In this document: positions 24,621 through 37,170 of the stretch, one piece after another | Layout of the letters: every line of letters starts with the position of its first letter | Numbering within the stretch: position 1 is the stretch's first letter | From: Phoronis australis | Lineage: Eukaryota > Animalia > Phoronida | Direction of reading: 5' to 3' | Length of the DNA: 64,000 bases | NCBI GenBank assembly: GCA_002633005.1 | Contig: NMRA01000416.1 | Location: 334,018-398,017 of the forward strand | Made by a program: the position numbers and the translations under genes | Notes under the pieces: model-generated | Database searches by the model: none | What the model saw: only the letters and a program-made list of their open reading frames with translations | What the model was told of the DNA's origin: nothing

Positions 24621-26430
24621 TGGCTGCAGACGATCCAAAAAAGAATAACTGGTTCTGATCTCTTTTTTGAAAATCGAGTCAGTGGGGCCGTATTTTGTTT
24701 AATTGCTCACATTATCAGAAATGAAAATCCACCTGAGATGGACAAAACGGTGCGGGATTCTTTTCCTCATCGCTTGACAAATCATGGCGTTTCAAATCAT
24801 GCATACCCTTGTTTACATGCCTTAGTTTAGCTTCAAAAACACGAAACCTGAAATTGATAAGGGGCTGATGTTTTTTAGCGGTGAGCGCAGGTCTCAAAAT
24901 GAGTTGAGGTAAAAACCAGAACCAACTTTATTTTAAAGAAAATGTTGAATCGCAACACGTCTTGTGAAGAAAGACTAAGAAAGGGAGACTTTTATAAAGC
25001 AATGGAGGCTGACCACGTGGTACCGGGGACTGCCGTCTTACTGTAGGCCTACCAATAGGCACAGCTGCAGTGAGTGCATGTTATACTGGAACATGTCAGA
25101 TTGTCGTAACTTGAAGCTTTACAATATCGTGAATAGCTAGATGCGAAAGCGTATAAACCACCACTTCTGAATGTTTCTATAAAATAAATGTTCACAGGAA
25201 CCCCAGTGGAAGGAGCTAGCTAGCTCCTCAAAAGAAATTTATTTATAACATGCGCGCACCCGGGGGGGGGCTTGGCGAAGTGGGCGAAAACCTCCGCCTC
25301 AGAGAAACAAAAAGTCAGAGAAAACGCTCAGTTCACAGTCTTGAAGGTAGTACCCCATTTTTTAGTCCTCCCGCTTTTTTGCCAGCAAAAAGTCCACATC
25401 GTCAGAAATTCGAGCTCCCCATATTAAAAGCTGGGTTAAATGTATATTAAGTGGCCAGAAGCCGTGATTTATAAGTTTGCGCATCTATACAGTCGTACCT
25501 TGAAGTTTTATAAAAAACAAAAGTTGGTAGAGGGGGAATCTCAGCTATTTATATGTAAACTATGATCATGTTTACGTGAGTAACAATACTTCGATCTTAC
25601 AAAAAGTGCATCGTCACCTTTGTAAAAACGTCCCTATGACCGTCTTATATGTAGCAACGATAAGACTTTCGACATTTGATAGAACGGAGCCTGAGACTTT
25701 GTAAAATAAAGAGGTGAGGCTTACATTACGAAGAAAATTGAGCTTCATCATGGCTGCTATTTTGAAGTTGTAAACTTATGTTTTCGAAAAACATAACTCG
25801 AGGGAACCAAACACGATTACACTCCTCGAGAAAAAAATCGTAAAATTTGTACAGCAGGCTAGTCAAGTGCAACATAAAAAATATTTCAGGTGGAAAGTGA
25901 CAACTTTATCACTGACCTCAAATACTCTATCCTATTCAAAAAGGCCATTCTAGACACACGCACGCCAGCACACGCACACACACATCCGCATACGCACTCG
26001 CATCCGCCGACACAGGCGTGGCCACGCCACGTGGGTTACTGTGAATCCTATGCCGACAGTGGCTGCAGAACAATTGGTACTGTCTCCGATTTTTTAAAAA
26101 TAGAGTCAGTGGAGCCGGGCCATATTTTGTTTAGTTGCCCACGTTTTCTGAATAGAAACTCCACCTGATACGAAGGAAAATGATGCGGGATTTGTTTATT
26201 GCCTCCAGCGCTTGATAAATCATGGCAGTTCAGATCTAGCCTTCCCTTGTTCACTTGCATTTGTACAGCCTTAAAAAACACGAAACTTTGATCGAAATTG
26301 ACGTTTTGCGCAGGTCTCAAAATGAATCGGGTAAAAAACATTTTGGCCTAATCGTAGCATTTGTGGAAAACAAATAAGAATGGGAGACTTTCAAAAAGAA
26401 ATGGACAATGGTTCCGTGGGACCGGGGCTT
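24621..26430. repeat. Pair of ~400-bp diverged direct repeats (24621-25030 and 26060-26430)
   Basis: Shared TGGCTGCAGA..GAGTCAGTGG..CCACCTGA..GCGGGATT..GCGCAGGTCTCAAAATGA..GGGAGACTTT series. Confidence 0.8.
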
Positions 26431-29400
26431 TATAGCCGCCTTGGTGTGCCATCAGGTACCTCGTCTTCGCTGCGGATCACTTAGGGGAACATTTTGCCTT
26501 CGTGAAACGACCTTTTTGCAGTGTGCGTAATTAGACGAGGTGGTTTTAATAAAAAATTAATTGCTTTATCGTCCTCCAGAGGCCACTGGTCTCCGTTTCC
26601 TAGTGATCGCTGAGTCGCCATGTTGCTGACTGGAAAGTCTCCCATTACATTGCCGCTTTATTCAGTCTGTGAACAGTGGAGACACAGAAAATTGTCATGT
26701 AGGACCGTGTCTCAAGTGCACGCAACCAATGTATTCCCAAGGTCTTAGCAGTTGTAATCCCGCTAATTGATCGGTGCCTTACCAGTGATTTCCAGTAAGT
26801 AATGTTATCGCCTTGTCTTTTCTCGGTATTGCTGGTCACGTGCATCGCTCTGTCACAATAAAATGTGTAATTGTATAACTACATGGAATCTAATGAAAGA
26901 GATGATTTTAGTACTGAACATTTTAAATCAATTGACAACATCGTCAAGCACAAAAAATAAAACATAAACGTCCATTGACAAGAGTCAAATTCGGTTGGTT
27001 AAACGAACTTTGTGTTTCGGGAAATATTCAAAATGAATGAAAAACAGTTATTCGTAAAAGGGTAATTTATCATTCCACACCTCATCATTTGCGCATTTGA
27101 AATACTTGACTAGATGTAATAATTATCATTGAAAAAAATCACGGAGAGTTCTGTTGAACTTCAGTGACGTGTTTTCCGTGTTACAGAAAAGTCCAATTCC
27201 CACACTTTATTGATAACCGACATTTATCTTGCCACGCGTTTGTCAAAAACTTCAGTTATTTTCGGGCAGGAAAAGTCTCAGAATTCAGTTGCCGTCTGGT
27301 CCAACGATAACGCTGAGTGGACAATCTGCGTCAAGATGTTGAAAGGAAAGTTATTTTTTGAAGGACTTCTTGGTCAACATGGGAACTTTTTGTCTACTTT
27401 TAAAAGTAGGCTACCCTGTATCTTTCAGTCGCTTTTTACGAAAGTGAAACTAATTAAAACAGATAACCCACAAACTAGACATGACGACGCAATAAGCAAC
27501 TTCCGACTGGTCTGGATTAACAAAATCCCATGCTTACAACAGGTCTCAAGACGCATGAAAAAATCATAACTAACAGCAGAAAGCTCACCCGACGGGGTCA
27601 CTCAAAACTAAAGCAAAACAACAAAGCAATGTCTTTTTGTTTTACTACATCCATCGGAAAAATGAGATGCCAAAAAATGATAAAAAGGTGATTTTTGCAT
27701 TTTTGCACTAAAATCACAAATTCACGACTGACTCAGTTCTAGAAAGGAGACAACAATCCAAACGCTCTTGCTCTCTAGATAACAGAAATATTCGGTAAAA
27801 CGCGTCATTACCAATCATATTTTGCCAATTTCCATTTGTCTGAAAGATTCCTGTATTCGTGCTAATAATTCTCACTGAATGAGGCTGACTCTCTAAAAAT
27901 GGCGGTATATAGGTAGAACATGGTCGAGTTCAGTGACGCAAGAGCACGGAAATTTGCCTAGATTTTTCTCTCCGCGAGACCGAACTGAAGTCGGCCCTGG
28001 GTAGCGCGCTTGCAAGGAAATCTAGGAGCCTTACACGTAGTGTTATCAATATAGTTTAATGACATTGCCAATTTATGATGTCATTGTGAAGTGTAGTTAA
28101 CTTTAAGCTTCTCCGGCCTGAAATACCATAGCTTTAAGCACAACGCTTACATACACAAAATGGATATTAGATGACTTCAAACTCATTCCAGAAGGATTCT
28201 TTGGATGTCCAATGATAGTTTCAACATTCATTTCCAGCATAGACTTTGCACTCGACACACCGACGTACTACACTCGAGATAATCGCTGCACTGGTGGGTG
28301 AAGAGTGCCACGTGCTCCGCAGGATCACTGTTTGAAGAGACAAAGCCTACATTAGGGTCCATACATGACCAAACTGTACAGAGAGGTACATTTAGCTTTT
28401 GAGTCAATATTCAAGACGAGTCATTATTTTTATGGTGAAGACGGGAGGTGGTCTTGAAGTTTCTATAATAAACGTAATCTCATTAATTTTTTTCACAAAG
28501 GCGGCATTTCAAAAATCCAACTGCACGTTTTCGGACATGACTCCATTCACGAGTTGAGACGAGGTTATTACGTAAAATAATTGCAAGCAGGCAGTTACAG
28601 TCATTCGATAGCATCGTGCCTCACGGAACGAGTCCCCGGAAGTGATATTCTCAAACGAAATACCTTTTTCAAGTATAAAAAAGCCAAAAACAGAACAGTA
28701 AATTGTGAATAGTGTTGATTTTCTGGTCGCTTCGACCCCGATTCGAATCCGGCGATGACGCCATCAATGCTCACATCGTGATAATATAATTGGCAAATGC
28801 TGCTGACATCAGACAATGCATAGTTCTTGCAAACGCGGTCAGATGACGCCCATCGTAATTTCGGTCACACAAGCTAGCCCAAAGCCAACACTGCAGAGGT
28901 CCACGCATGCGCACTACAACAACATATTGTGTCACTTTTTGGCAGGAGCTTTCACTTGCGCGTAACATGTTCGAAAACTTGTATAAATTGTAGGCCAGTG
29001 GCTTTAGTCTGAGAGGTCGGGCCTTGTTGCCACCTCATGGATGAGGTGAACACGGAGAGGAACTCGATCCAAACACCCTTTATACATAGATACTCGGCGT
29101 TTCTCTGCCCCTACTGGTCGATGCTCAACAGACTAGACCCAAGCGCATTTGAATGCGGACGTTTGCACAAATGACTTCTCGGACACTCCTGCGGGAGCGA
29201 ATGGTGGTCTTACCTCGATTGCTGCTGACGGCTTGACATCTATTCTCTCCAAAAAGGAGAAAACCGATTTAGGACAGTGGCTGGCTATCCTTTCGTTTGA
29301 GGTAGTGATTGTGAAGAAGTAGCGTACTAGAGACACAATCCCCATGCTACAGGTCGTTTAATAAACGAAGTCATTAACCGAGACGTAAATTGGCTTTTTG

Positions 29401-29832
29401 GCCCGGATTGTAAAAATCGATGCGCGCACATCCCAGAGCGTACATTTGCGTTGCCAGCGTTGTGAGGTGTTACGCAGATCCTCTGACTTGGATTGCATGA
29501 AATTGCAAAACGTATTTACTGGTTATGTTCGATTGTTGCATGACATCATCGACTTTGAAAAACGTCGTAATTATGTTTATATTCTCGCCAACAATTACGC
29601 TATAACTGTGGGGTCAGATCATAATGGCATCGTAACAATTTTCGAGAAAGACGGAGCAGCATTTTCGTCCATGAAAAATGTAAGCCTGGTCCATCTTGGA
29701 CAAACCTTGCCTGTGGTTATTTCACCAATGCCGTTCAGGCCACAGGATTCACCTTCCATTATCTTGTATTCCGGCTGTACGTATCCAATTTTTGCCGCCA
29801 AATGGCAGAGCAAACAAAGAAACAGTGTAATA

Positions 29833-30857
29833 CAGTGGCGGATCTAGGATATCACAAGGGGGGGCAACATTTTGTCCGGCTAGAAGCATTTGCGTAAACT
29901 GAACCACGATTGTAGATGCGCATAGCACCGAATGGGGGGAGGTCAGGAGGGGGGTTTGCCCCCCTCCCGCCCAGGAAATTTTTCTGTTTTTGCCTCTAAA
30001 AATCAAGCATTTTCCTTGATTCCTGAAGTATTATCCAAGAAAAAAAGGCAAAAAAAAAAAAACACGGAGAACGTGTCAAACAGGAAAAAAATGCTGGTAT
30101 CAAAGACTCGAACTCACGACCTGGCGGTTAAAGTGCACGTACGTTACCACTACACCACCACGATTTAACTGCGACCGTCATACTAAAAGACTTACTTGTT
30201 TATGGGCCACAGCGTTTGCGCGCGAAACCTACTTCTTTTTGTAATGCTTATTACACGTTTTATATTTTGTGCCATCAATTCTTAACAAATTTGTCGTATT
30301 TGAAATAGTCTTCAAATGCCCAAAAGACCAAATCCGTTTTTCATGTTGGCAATAATGACGGGATTGCTTTGGAAATCGTATCAACATAAGGTTTGACAAA
30401 GAGAGTATTGCGAGTTTCTGAGTGATTCACTAAGGCTTCGATTAAAATTCACATCTTACCAGCAGCTTCTGTTTTTTCATCGTCACTCAGGTTCCATTTT
30501 CTTTAAAAAATGAAGTAAATTTTCTTCATTGCACAGTGGAGCAGACGACGGAAACGGAGTCGTAGTGCACAGCGCCGCTGCCGGTCGCCTAGGATATCGC
30601 GGGAGATTCTATACTTAGCCATAGTTCCGTTACGAACGCGCCGTGTTCCGAATTTGACACTTGAAATTGGATTTGAGCCCCCACCCCTCCCCCCCCCCAA
30701 ACACTAAAACTGCACACATTTAAATCTTTTTTCATCCGTATAATTTTAATTACCGGTGTTAATTAATAAACTCACCATTTCCCTACGCTCTTACTGTTTT
30801 ATTTTTTTGCGGCAGCCAAGGGGGGGGGGGGCCAGGCCCCCCCTAAATCCGCCTATG
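29833..30857. mobile_element. ~1-kb MITE with CA..TG ends and 5-bp TSD (hAT-like), copy 2
   Basis: TAATA|CAGTGGCGGATCTAGG ... CCTAAATCCGCCTATG|TAATA. The paralogous units show the empty site (GTGTATTACAC at ~39732, GTGTAATAC at ~45312). Confidence 0.9.
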
Positions 30858-32208
30858 TAATACACTATAGTTTTTTTGTTTTTGATTAATAGACGACATA
30901 ACTTGAGTGATCTTGCATACTATGTCTCAATCAAGTTTTGGGAAGATGTTTTACTCGAGCTGAACGACTTGTTGCTGTAATTAGGAATGATCCTTAAACT
31001 GCTTATAATCACCAGCGACATATTAAAACAATAAAAACAAACCCACCAGTCGATGAGCGGTACACCAATAAACTCTATCTGACGATTTTGTTAATTAGAT
31101 CTCCAGTTACGAGCATTTATTGGTCGGTACAACCAGTCAAAGCACTTGTCATCCCCCGTTGTGTTTATTGTAAGAGGACTTCAGATATTGCCGCTCCCTT
31201 TACCATGGTTTATAGCATAATAAGGCGTAACGTTTGTGGTGGTTGTGACAACTTTGTATCAGTGACTCTTCACTTATCCGGCGGGACATATGAGAAGCGA
31301 GGAAACGGCACAGGTATTTACAAGTAAGTCGTGTTTGGTGGACATGACAAACTGGCGCTTGGTACGTTCATACCTCACAATAATATTCGTGGACCTAAGA
31401 AACTCCAATTGAAGTGACGTCGACAAATTAGACACTTGTCAAAACAAGACAAAAAAGGCGGCTTTAAGCACTTAAAAGTGATTTGGCCGTCCGAGATGCA
31501 GCAGTCAACAGCCATATTAAAAAAACAGTAAACACTGTCTCTGGGTGCCAAATAATACGTCAAAACCATTCGAAAACATGACAATTTCTTTAACGTATAA
31601 CTATTTGCCAAATTTCATGAACATCCGCAAAGGAACATCGAAGATTCATATGAAAATGTAAAAAGGCAAGCACAGTGGTAGTTGTAGTCCATTTCATAGA
31701 AATGCACTTTCCAAATTTAGCAAGGTTTCTGCAAGTGGCAAAAAACAACTGCTATTAGGAGGACCTGCAGTAATCACAGCCGTCCGGAAATCATCATCAG
31801 ACGTCCCCTTCCCTGTAGAAACACACATTCAAAATAGTGCAGTTTGGCCAATAGAGAGACAAGAACTTGAAAACAACAAAACGTAGGTGCAGAATTTATC
31901 GAATTCATTGGCAAACGAGGGGGTGGTCTCGAGTCGTTAACAGATTCCTATCTGCTAAATAACATGCAAATCCGCAAAAGAACTCCGAAAACACTTTTAA
32001 AAAAATAAAGTTGCCACTAGAAGAACCAAAACAGATTAATCATGTGACCCAATTAAAGATAGTTTGGTTTGAGCTATAAATATTCTTGAGAAGAACTCTA
32101 TAGTTTTGTAAATATTTCGCTACATACACAGATGTGTCGATAAGGTTCTACATTACCTTGTACAGTACAATCGATTTCTTTCAGACTCCTCTTCGCTGCC
32201 ATGCCATA

Positions 32209-32835
32209 ATGCAGCCGCCTGTTACTATGCCACAGACGACCAACTATGACGCTGTAGTGCTCACGTCACCCAAGGTTTTCCAGGCTCTCTCTATTTCTCA
32301 ATTGCTTGCAGCAATAATCAACATTATTTACGGTGTTACAGCCTTGGCAAATTCTGATAAGGTGTGGATTCCAACAACAGAGTACGCGACAGGCGCCCAG
32401 GAAGTCTGGACACCGGTGCCTTTTGTCATTTCCGGTGTATTAGGACTTCTTTTTGGTCGCGTGAATGCGAGGTGGTTAGTCATTGCACACATGGTCCTGT
32501 GTATAATTTCCGCATTTTTTTCGTTCGTTCTCTTCATAAATGCGTGCGTTTATTCATATGTGTTAGTCCCGCAAGTTACACTTGGGTTCCTGGCGTTTGC
32601 AGAGTTCTCCATCTCGATCATTTTGTGTACACTTTGCTACCAGGCGCTTTGTTGTAAGAACTATGCTAATCCATGTGCAATTACTCAAGCTGCCGCTCCT
32701 CAGTCAGATGCATTACATGTAGGACTACCTGTTACAGCCATTCCGAGAAAACCCGCTACAGCAGATCTACGATGCTTTGGGCACAAACTCGTCGAGCGCC
32801 AATTAAAGAAATTCGACAAAATCAGGAAAGCGTGA
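32209..32835 (+). CDS. MS4A/CD20-like four-TM protein, copy 2 (208 aa; frameshifted C-terminal tail)
   Basis: Acceptor gatttctttcAG at 32184. Motifs LSISQLLAA, EVWTPVPFVISGVLGL and AEFSISIILCTLC..LCC. A 1-nt deletion near 32765 relative to copy 4 changes the tail. Confidence 0.8.
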   Translation: MQPPVTMPQTTNYDAVVLTSPKVFQALSISQLLAAIINIIYGVTALANSDKVWIPTTEYATGAQEVWTPVPFVISGVLGLLFGRVNARWLVIAHMVLCIISAFFSFVLFINACVYSYVLVPQVTLGFLAFAEFSISIILCTLCYQALCCKNYANPCAITQAAAPQSDALHVGLPVTAIPRKPATADLRCFGHKLVERQLKKFDKIRKA

Positions 32836-34154
32836 CCGAATTTGGCACCCAAGAACAGAATGAGGAGGAAAATGCCATTCTTCGGGGATAGTACCAATCC
32901 GCCTTTGTTGTTTTTCTTTTTGTTGTTGTTTTTCGGGTTGTTGTTGTCTATTAAATGGAATATCAGCCTTCGACTCAATGAAAATGGTTAGGTCGTCATT
33001 TGCGACCTGGCTAATATCTCGTGTCACATTCCTTTAAAATCCAGGTCGCAGATTCACAGATTCCAGCTCCCAGAATATAAAAGAAAGCTAAAGTCGCCGT
33101 GTTCTGGTCAGGGGTTCAAACGAAATTCGCAGTTACACCCTGTTACGTCATCCTAGGTCCCCCCCCCGGTGTTGTACTCTTATTTATTCATACCTTTTTC
33201 AGCATTCAAGAAGAGATCATGTTTTGTGTTTGTCACTTCCGATCTTTCCGCCCGCTAGTATTACGCAAATACGCAGGCGTTGCACTTGCCTGTTGCATCA
33301 ATGTTTAAGTATAAATGACACTCCGCTTGTGTTATATCACCACGTTTCATTCGTTTTCTGGCCAAAACTGCGGTTGGCTCGCTTGCATATTGTTTAGTGA
33401 ATATGATTGACAATTATTGAAATATGCAAATAACAGTTGGTTAAATTTTACGTTGCTACTATCACCAGTTATCACATGAACTGTTTTAAGTGCAAGTTTT
33501 TGTTATCGGAAATGCGAAAGTTGAGAGAACTTGCCAAGTTTACTCGGATATTCTAAGCTCTCTAGCAGTATATGGCTACGTGATCTTGTGTTCATGTGTA
33601 ATTTCAACCATAACACATGGGCGGCAAATTTGTGTCATTCAGTCATTGTAACGTTACAAGTACAGTAACTTTTTGTCACACTACTACTAAATGTGGAAAA
33701 TCCACTGCTATGTGTGCTCACTTGGTGTTTTGAAAGAGCACATGATTGAAAAACCGGATCCTTTTCACAGGCACAGTGTCTGCTTCAACCAAAGTTTTAT
33801 GCTGTTTGTCAGTAATGGTAGACATTGATTCATTCCAATGCTTTTATTTTACAAAGGTGCGAGAACGTTCTACATTTTGTCAGTTACATTTTGGGGCTTC
33901 AAAAAGAATTCGACCTGATGCTTGCGAAAGAGTGATTTAGCCTACGATGGCAATGGATTTCATCTTCACTTCCAAAAATCCAAAATTAAACTCAAAATCC
34001 TCCTCAGTGTGGGTTGTGTGTCACTGTGGCCAGGCTGGTGATCTTGTTGCCCTGTCATGTAGTCACCATGAATAAACCTGTGACAGATTTGTAGTTAAAT
34101 TGAATAAAGTTTCTATTTTTGCTTCCCCGTTTTTACTTTTCTTAGTACTAGGGT

Positions 34155-34250
34155 CCATGCATTTGAGTAGAGAGGGAGGGAGCATCCCATGCATTTGAGT
34201 AGAGAGGGAGGGAGCATCCCATGCATTTGAGTAGAGAGGGAGGGAGCATC
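34155..34250. repeat. 32-bp minisatellite x3
   Basis: CCATGCATTTGAGTAGAGAGGGAGGGAGCATC in three exact copies. Confidence 0.97.
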
Positions 34251-34269
34251 CCAAAAAATTGCTCCTCTT

Positions 34270-34760
34270 CCCCAAGTCTCTGCATGCTATTGAGGCAAAC
34301 CACTAATTCCGTATGCGCGATTTAGGGAAAGAAGGGTCTTTTAAATAAACCGTTATTGCAATGGTAAATTGGTATATTTTTGCTGATGATGGTCGACCGT
34401 CAGGGTGACTTATGAAATGTGTATGCAACTGTGTGCCCAGGGATTATAGTCAGTTATTTCCATATTCTATGCCATTTCGACTACGTCTGTTGCGCCTGCT
34501 GTTTTGATTTAACTTCTGCGAAAAAGTCTGTTGCACATCATCTTTTACAATATCTGTCCCTGGTTCTATTGCTATTCACAGATCTGATCGCCATAGTAAT
34601 ACACAAAATGACTCATCATTATCTCATTTGCCCTTGTGCAAAAGTTTTGTCAATCTATCCTATTGTTTCAATGGAACAGCTTACTAAATAGCTTACAAGA
34701 AATACTATCTTCCTCATTACCTACTTCAATGCCATGCGCAAAAACTTATTTCGTAATCTC
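34270..34760 (+). mobile_element. Decayed 3' end of an L2/Crack-like LINE
   Basis: The remnant ..QWNSLLNSLQEILSSSLPTS resembles the W-N-S-L-P..S..SL..FK C-terminus of CR1-group ORF2; many stops. Confidence 0.4.
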
Positions 34761-35838
34761 AAATGTGAGGAATCGGACATTTTTATATTTCAAAATCCAT
34801 CGTTTTATCGGAGTTCAACTTTCTAGGCCTCCTTCTTATCTGTATTTATTTGTGTAATATTTTTCGAGCATTCATTTATTTATTCATATATGTAATAAAA
34901 TAGTATTTCTGTAATAAATTTATGTGTTTATGCATGCATCTAATTGTATATTTATTTATACATCTTTTTATTGTTGAACTTATTATTATCATAATTTCAC
35001 TAATAAATTTCATTTACAGGCCGAACCATCATTAATGGAAATTAATAATCTTTTTTTACTTTTTCATGTCACCCATACATTGATTTCCCTCGGAGTCCTT
35101 AATTTATTTGGACTTTTACTATAGTGTTATGTGTCTAAATGTATGTTGCATTGTGTTGTATTGTGTTATGTTGTATTGTATTATTTTGAGAACCGGCATT
35201 ATTTCATAAATAAGTCAATCAAAACCTACACTGATTGTGGTCATGATGCTAGCTGGATCCGCATTTCTGCAATAATACTTTGTCTGTATTGTTTGAACAA
35301 GGACATATTCCACTAAGTTTAAGAAAATTTGATCGATGGCGATACGACATGCACTTTATTTACCCATTCAACTATATTTACACTTTACATTGATGTCAAG
35401 TTGAAAATCAGTTTCCTTACATGTAAACTATAAAAAATCGCTACTGTTGCTGTCACTCTCGCCCATAGTTGAGATGCAAATGTTTGGGTTACACTGGGCG
35501 CCTGTGGCATCGCTGGAACGCAGATCTCGTGCACCGCGACTACACACTACGGGTTCGCGTGAATGGGTCGATTGACTTAAACGTATATGCCGATGCGGGC
35601 GCGGGAACGCAAAAGCCCGAGTAACCAGACTTCACACTCCTGGGGTTCCCGTGACTACGTCGATAGATTTGAACGTATTCGCAGAGGCGCGCGCAGTTCC
35701 TTTACTAGGCTTTGTACTTGATTTCATGGCTACCACCAATACAACTTATGGTGATAAAGACCGCTAAACATCGACGCTAATCCTTGCTAGAAATTTCACG
35801 TCAAGCTTGGGACGACAGGCCAAGCTGTTTTGTTTAGC

Positions 35839-35993
35839 CTGGGCTGGGTTGCATAAAACTTCACAATTGTCCGCTGGAAAATTTTGATTGTTGCATGACG
35901 TCGGGTGCATTCTTCAACAATAACAACGTGGCGCATGATAATGCGACGTCATTGTTGCTATACAGCGAATAACTTTTATGCAACTTGGCCCAG
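35839..35993. mobile_element. Harbinger-like MITE
   Basis: CTG|GGCTGGGTTGCATAAAA ... TTTTATGCAACTTGGCC|CAG. Confidence 0.6.
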
Positions 35994-36329
35994 ATGCGGA
36001 AAGTTTCCGACGTGTAAAGCAAGCATCTGCAGAAAAATATCAGGCGTGTGCAACAGATTTACATCCCCAAGCTTCATGACGGGTCAGGACCCACTTCAGA
36101 AGAGAATCGTGACTGTGAGTCTCAGTGATTTTGCTTGTAATGGAAATCAACGTGGTGCAAAGTGCAGCGGAGAGAGAAGCCAGAGGTCCATTGTCAGCAA
36201 TTCGACTTCCATCCAGCAGTGGCTTGATAGATGACCTCACGATCACAACAACGACGCACATCAAGGCAAGATGGATTCTCACCGCCCTAACAATCTAGAG
36301 GATTAGGCAAGAACGTTAGTAAAATCAAA

Positions 36330-37170
36330 GAAGTCGCGATGTTCAGTTATTGCTAAAGGGAAGGTAACCAACAGGTTTGAAATGAAGATAGAAATCCAGA
36401 TTATCCCATTCATAGCGTAAAAGCCCATCAAGTGCTTAGGGAGATGGTTCAATGCAAGTTTAACTGACATGGACCAGATGCAACAGATAACAAAGCATTA
36501 AGACGGTCCCTAGACTATTGACAAAACTGGTCTCCCCGGGAAGTTCAAGTGATGGATTTTCCAACAGAGTCTCTTACCAATGCTGACTTAGCCTCTGATG
36601 GCTTATGAAGAAACGACAACAACAGTCGAAAAACTGGAGAAAACAGTGAACAGTTACTTACGTAGATGACGTAGAGTGCCCCCTGTTTTACAAGCGTGGG
36701 GCTCTACTGCAGAAGTGCTAAGATACAACTACTCTGGTAGAGGAATTCAAGGCGGCTAAGTCGAGGTTCGGTGATGACATTAAGGGACTAGCACGATGAC
36801 CCGATAAGGCTTGCAGGTGTCCAAACGAGAACGGGGGGAAATGATCTGCAAGCAGCGAATCTTAAACGCAGAACGAAGACACCAGCAAGGTGACTTCATT
36901 GGTTCTACCGGCACCGGAAGACAGGGGTTGGGACTCGAGACACGGCAGAGTTGGTAAGGCGACCTGTTACCAACACCGTCTAACTTGTGCAGATGGGGTC
37001 TGACAGAGAATGCAACGTGTTGACCATGTGAATGAATTGGGCCGTGGAACACTGAGACGTGTTATTATCATGCAGGACAACTCTTTCGCAGGGAGATACA
37101 CGTGGCGTCATGACGAGGCATTAATGGAACTGCATCAATTACCAATCGACCACATCATTTGTTAGACCTG
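36330..37170 (+). mobile_element. Degenerate HERO-like (RLE-type) non-LTR retrotransposon fragment
   Basis: Frameshifted motifs KPIKCLGRWFNASLTD, TIDKTGLPGKFK, SVGLYC, LVEEFKAAK, GTGRQGLG, LPTPSNLCRWG and GRYTWRHD. Confidence 0.75.

Noticed and set aside
28073-28125. Box C/D snoRNA starting at ATGATGT
   Set aside because: No conserved box D at a matching position in the three units.
28170-28400. Hidden minus-strand coding exon in the triplicated upstream block (e.g. TCKEFLWNELKVIKYP)
   Set aside because: Frames are broken differently in each unit and no family motif was recognisable.
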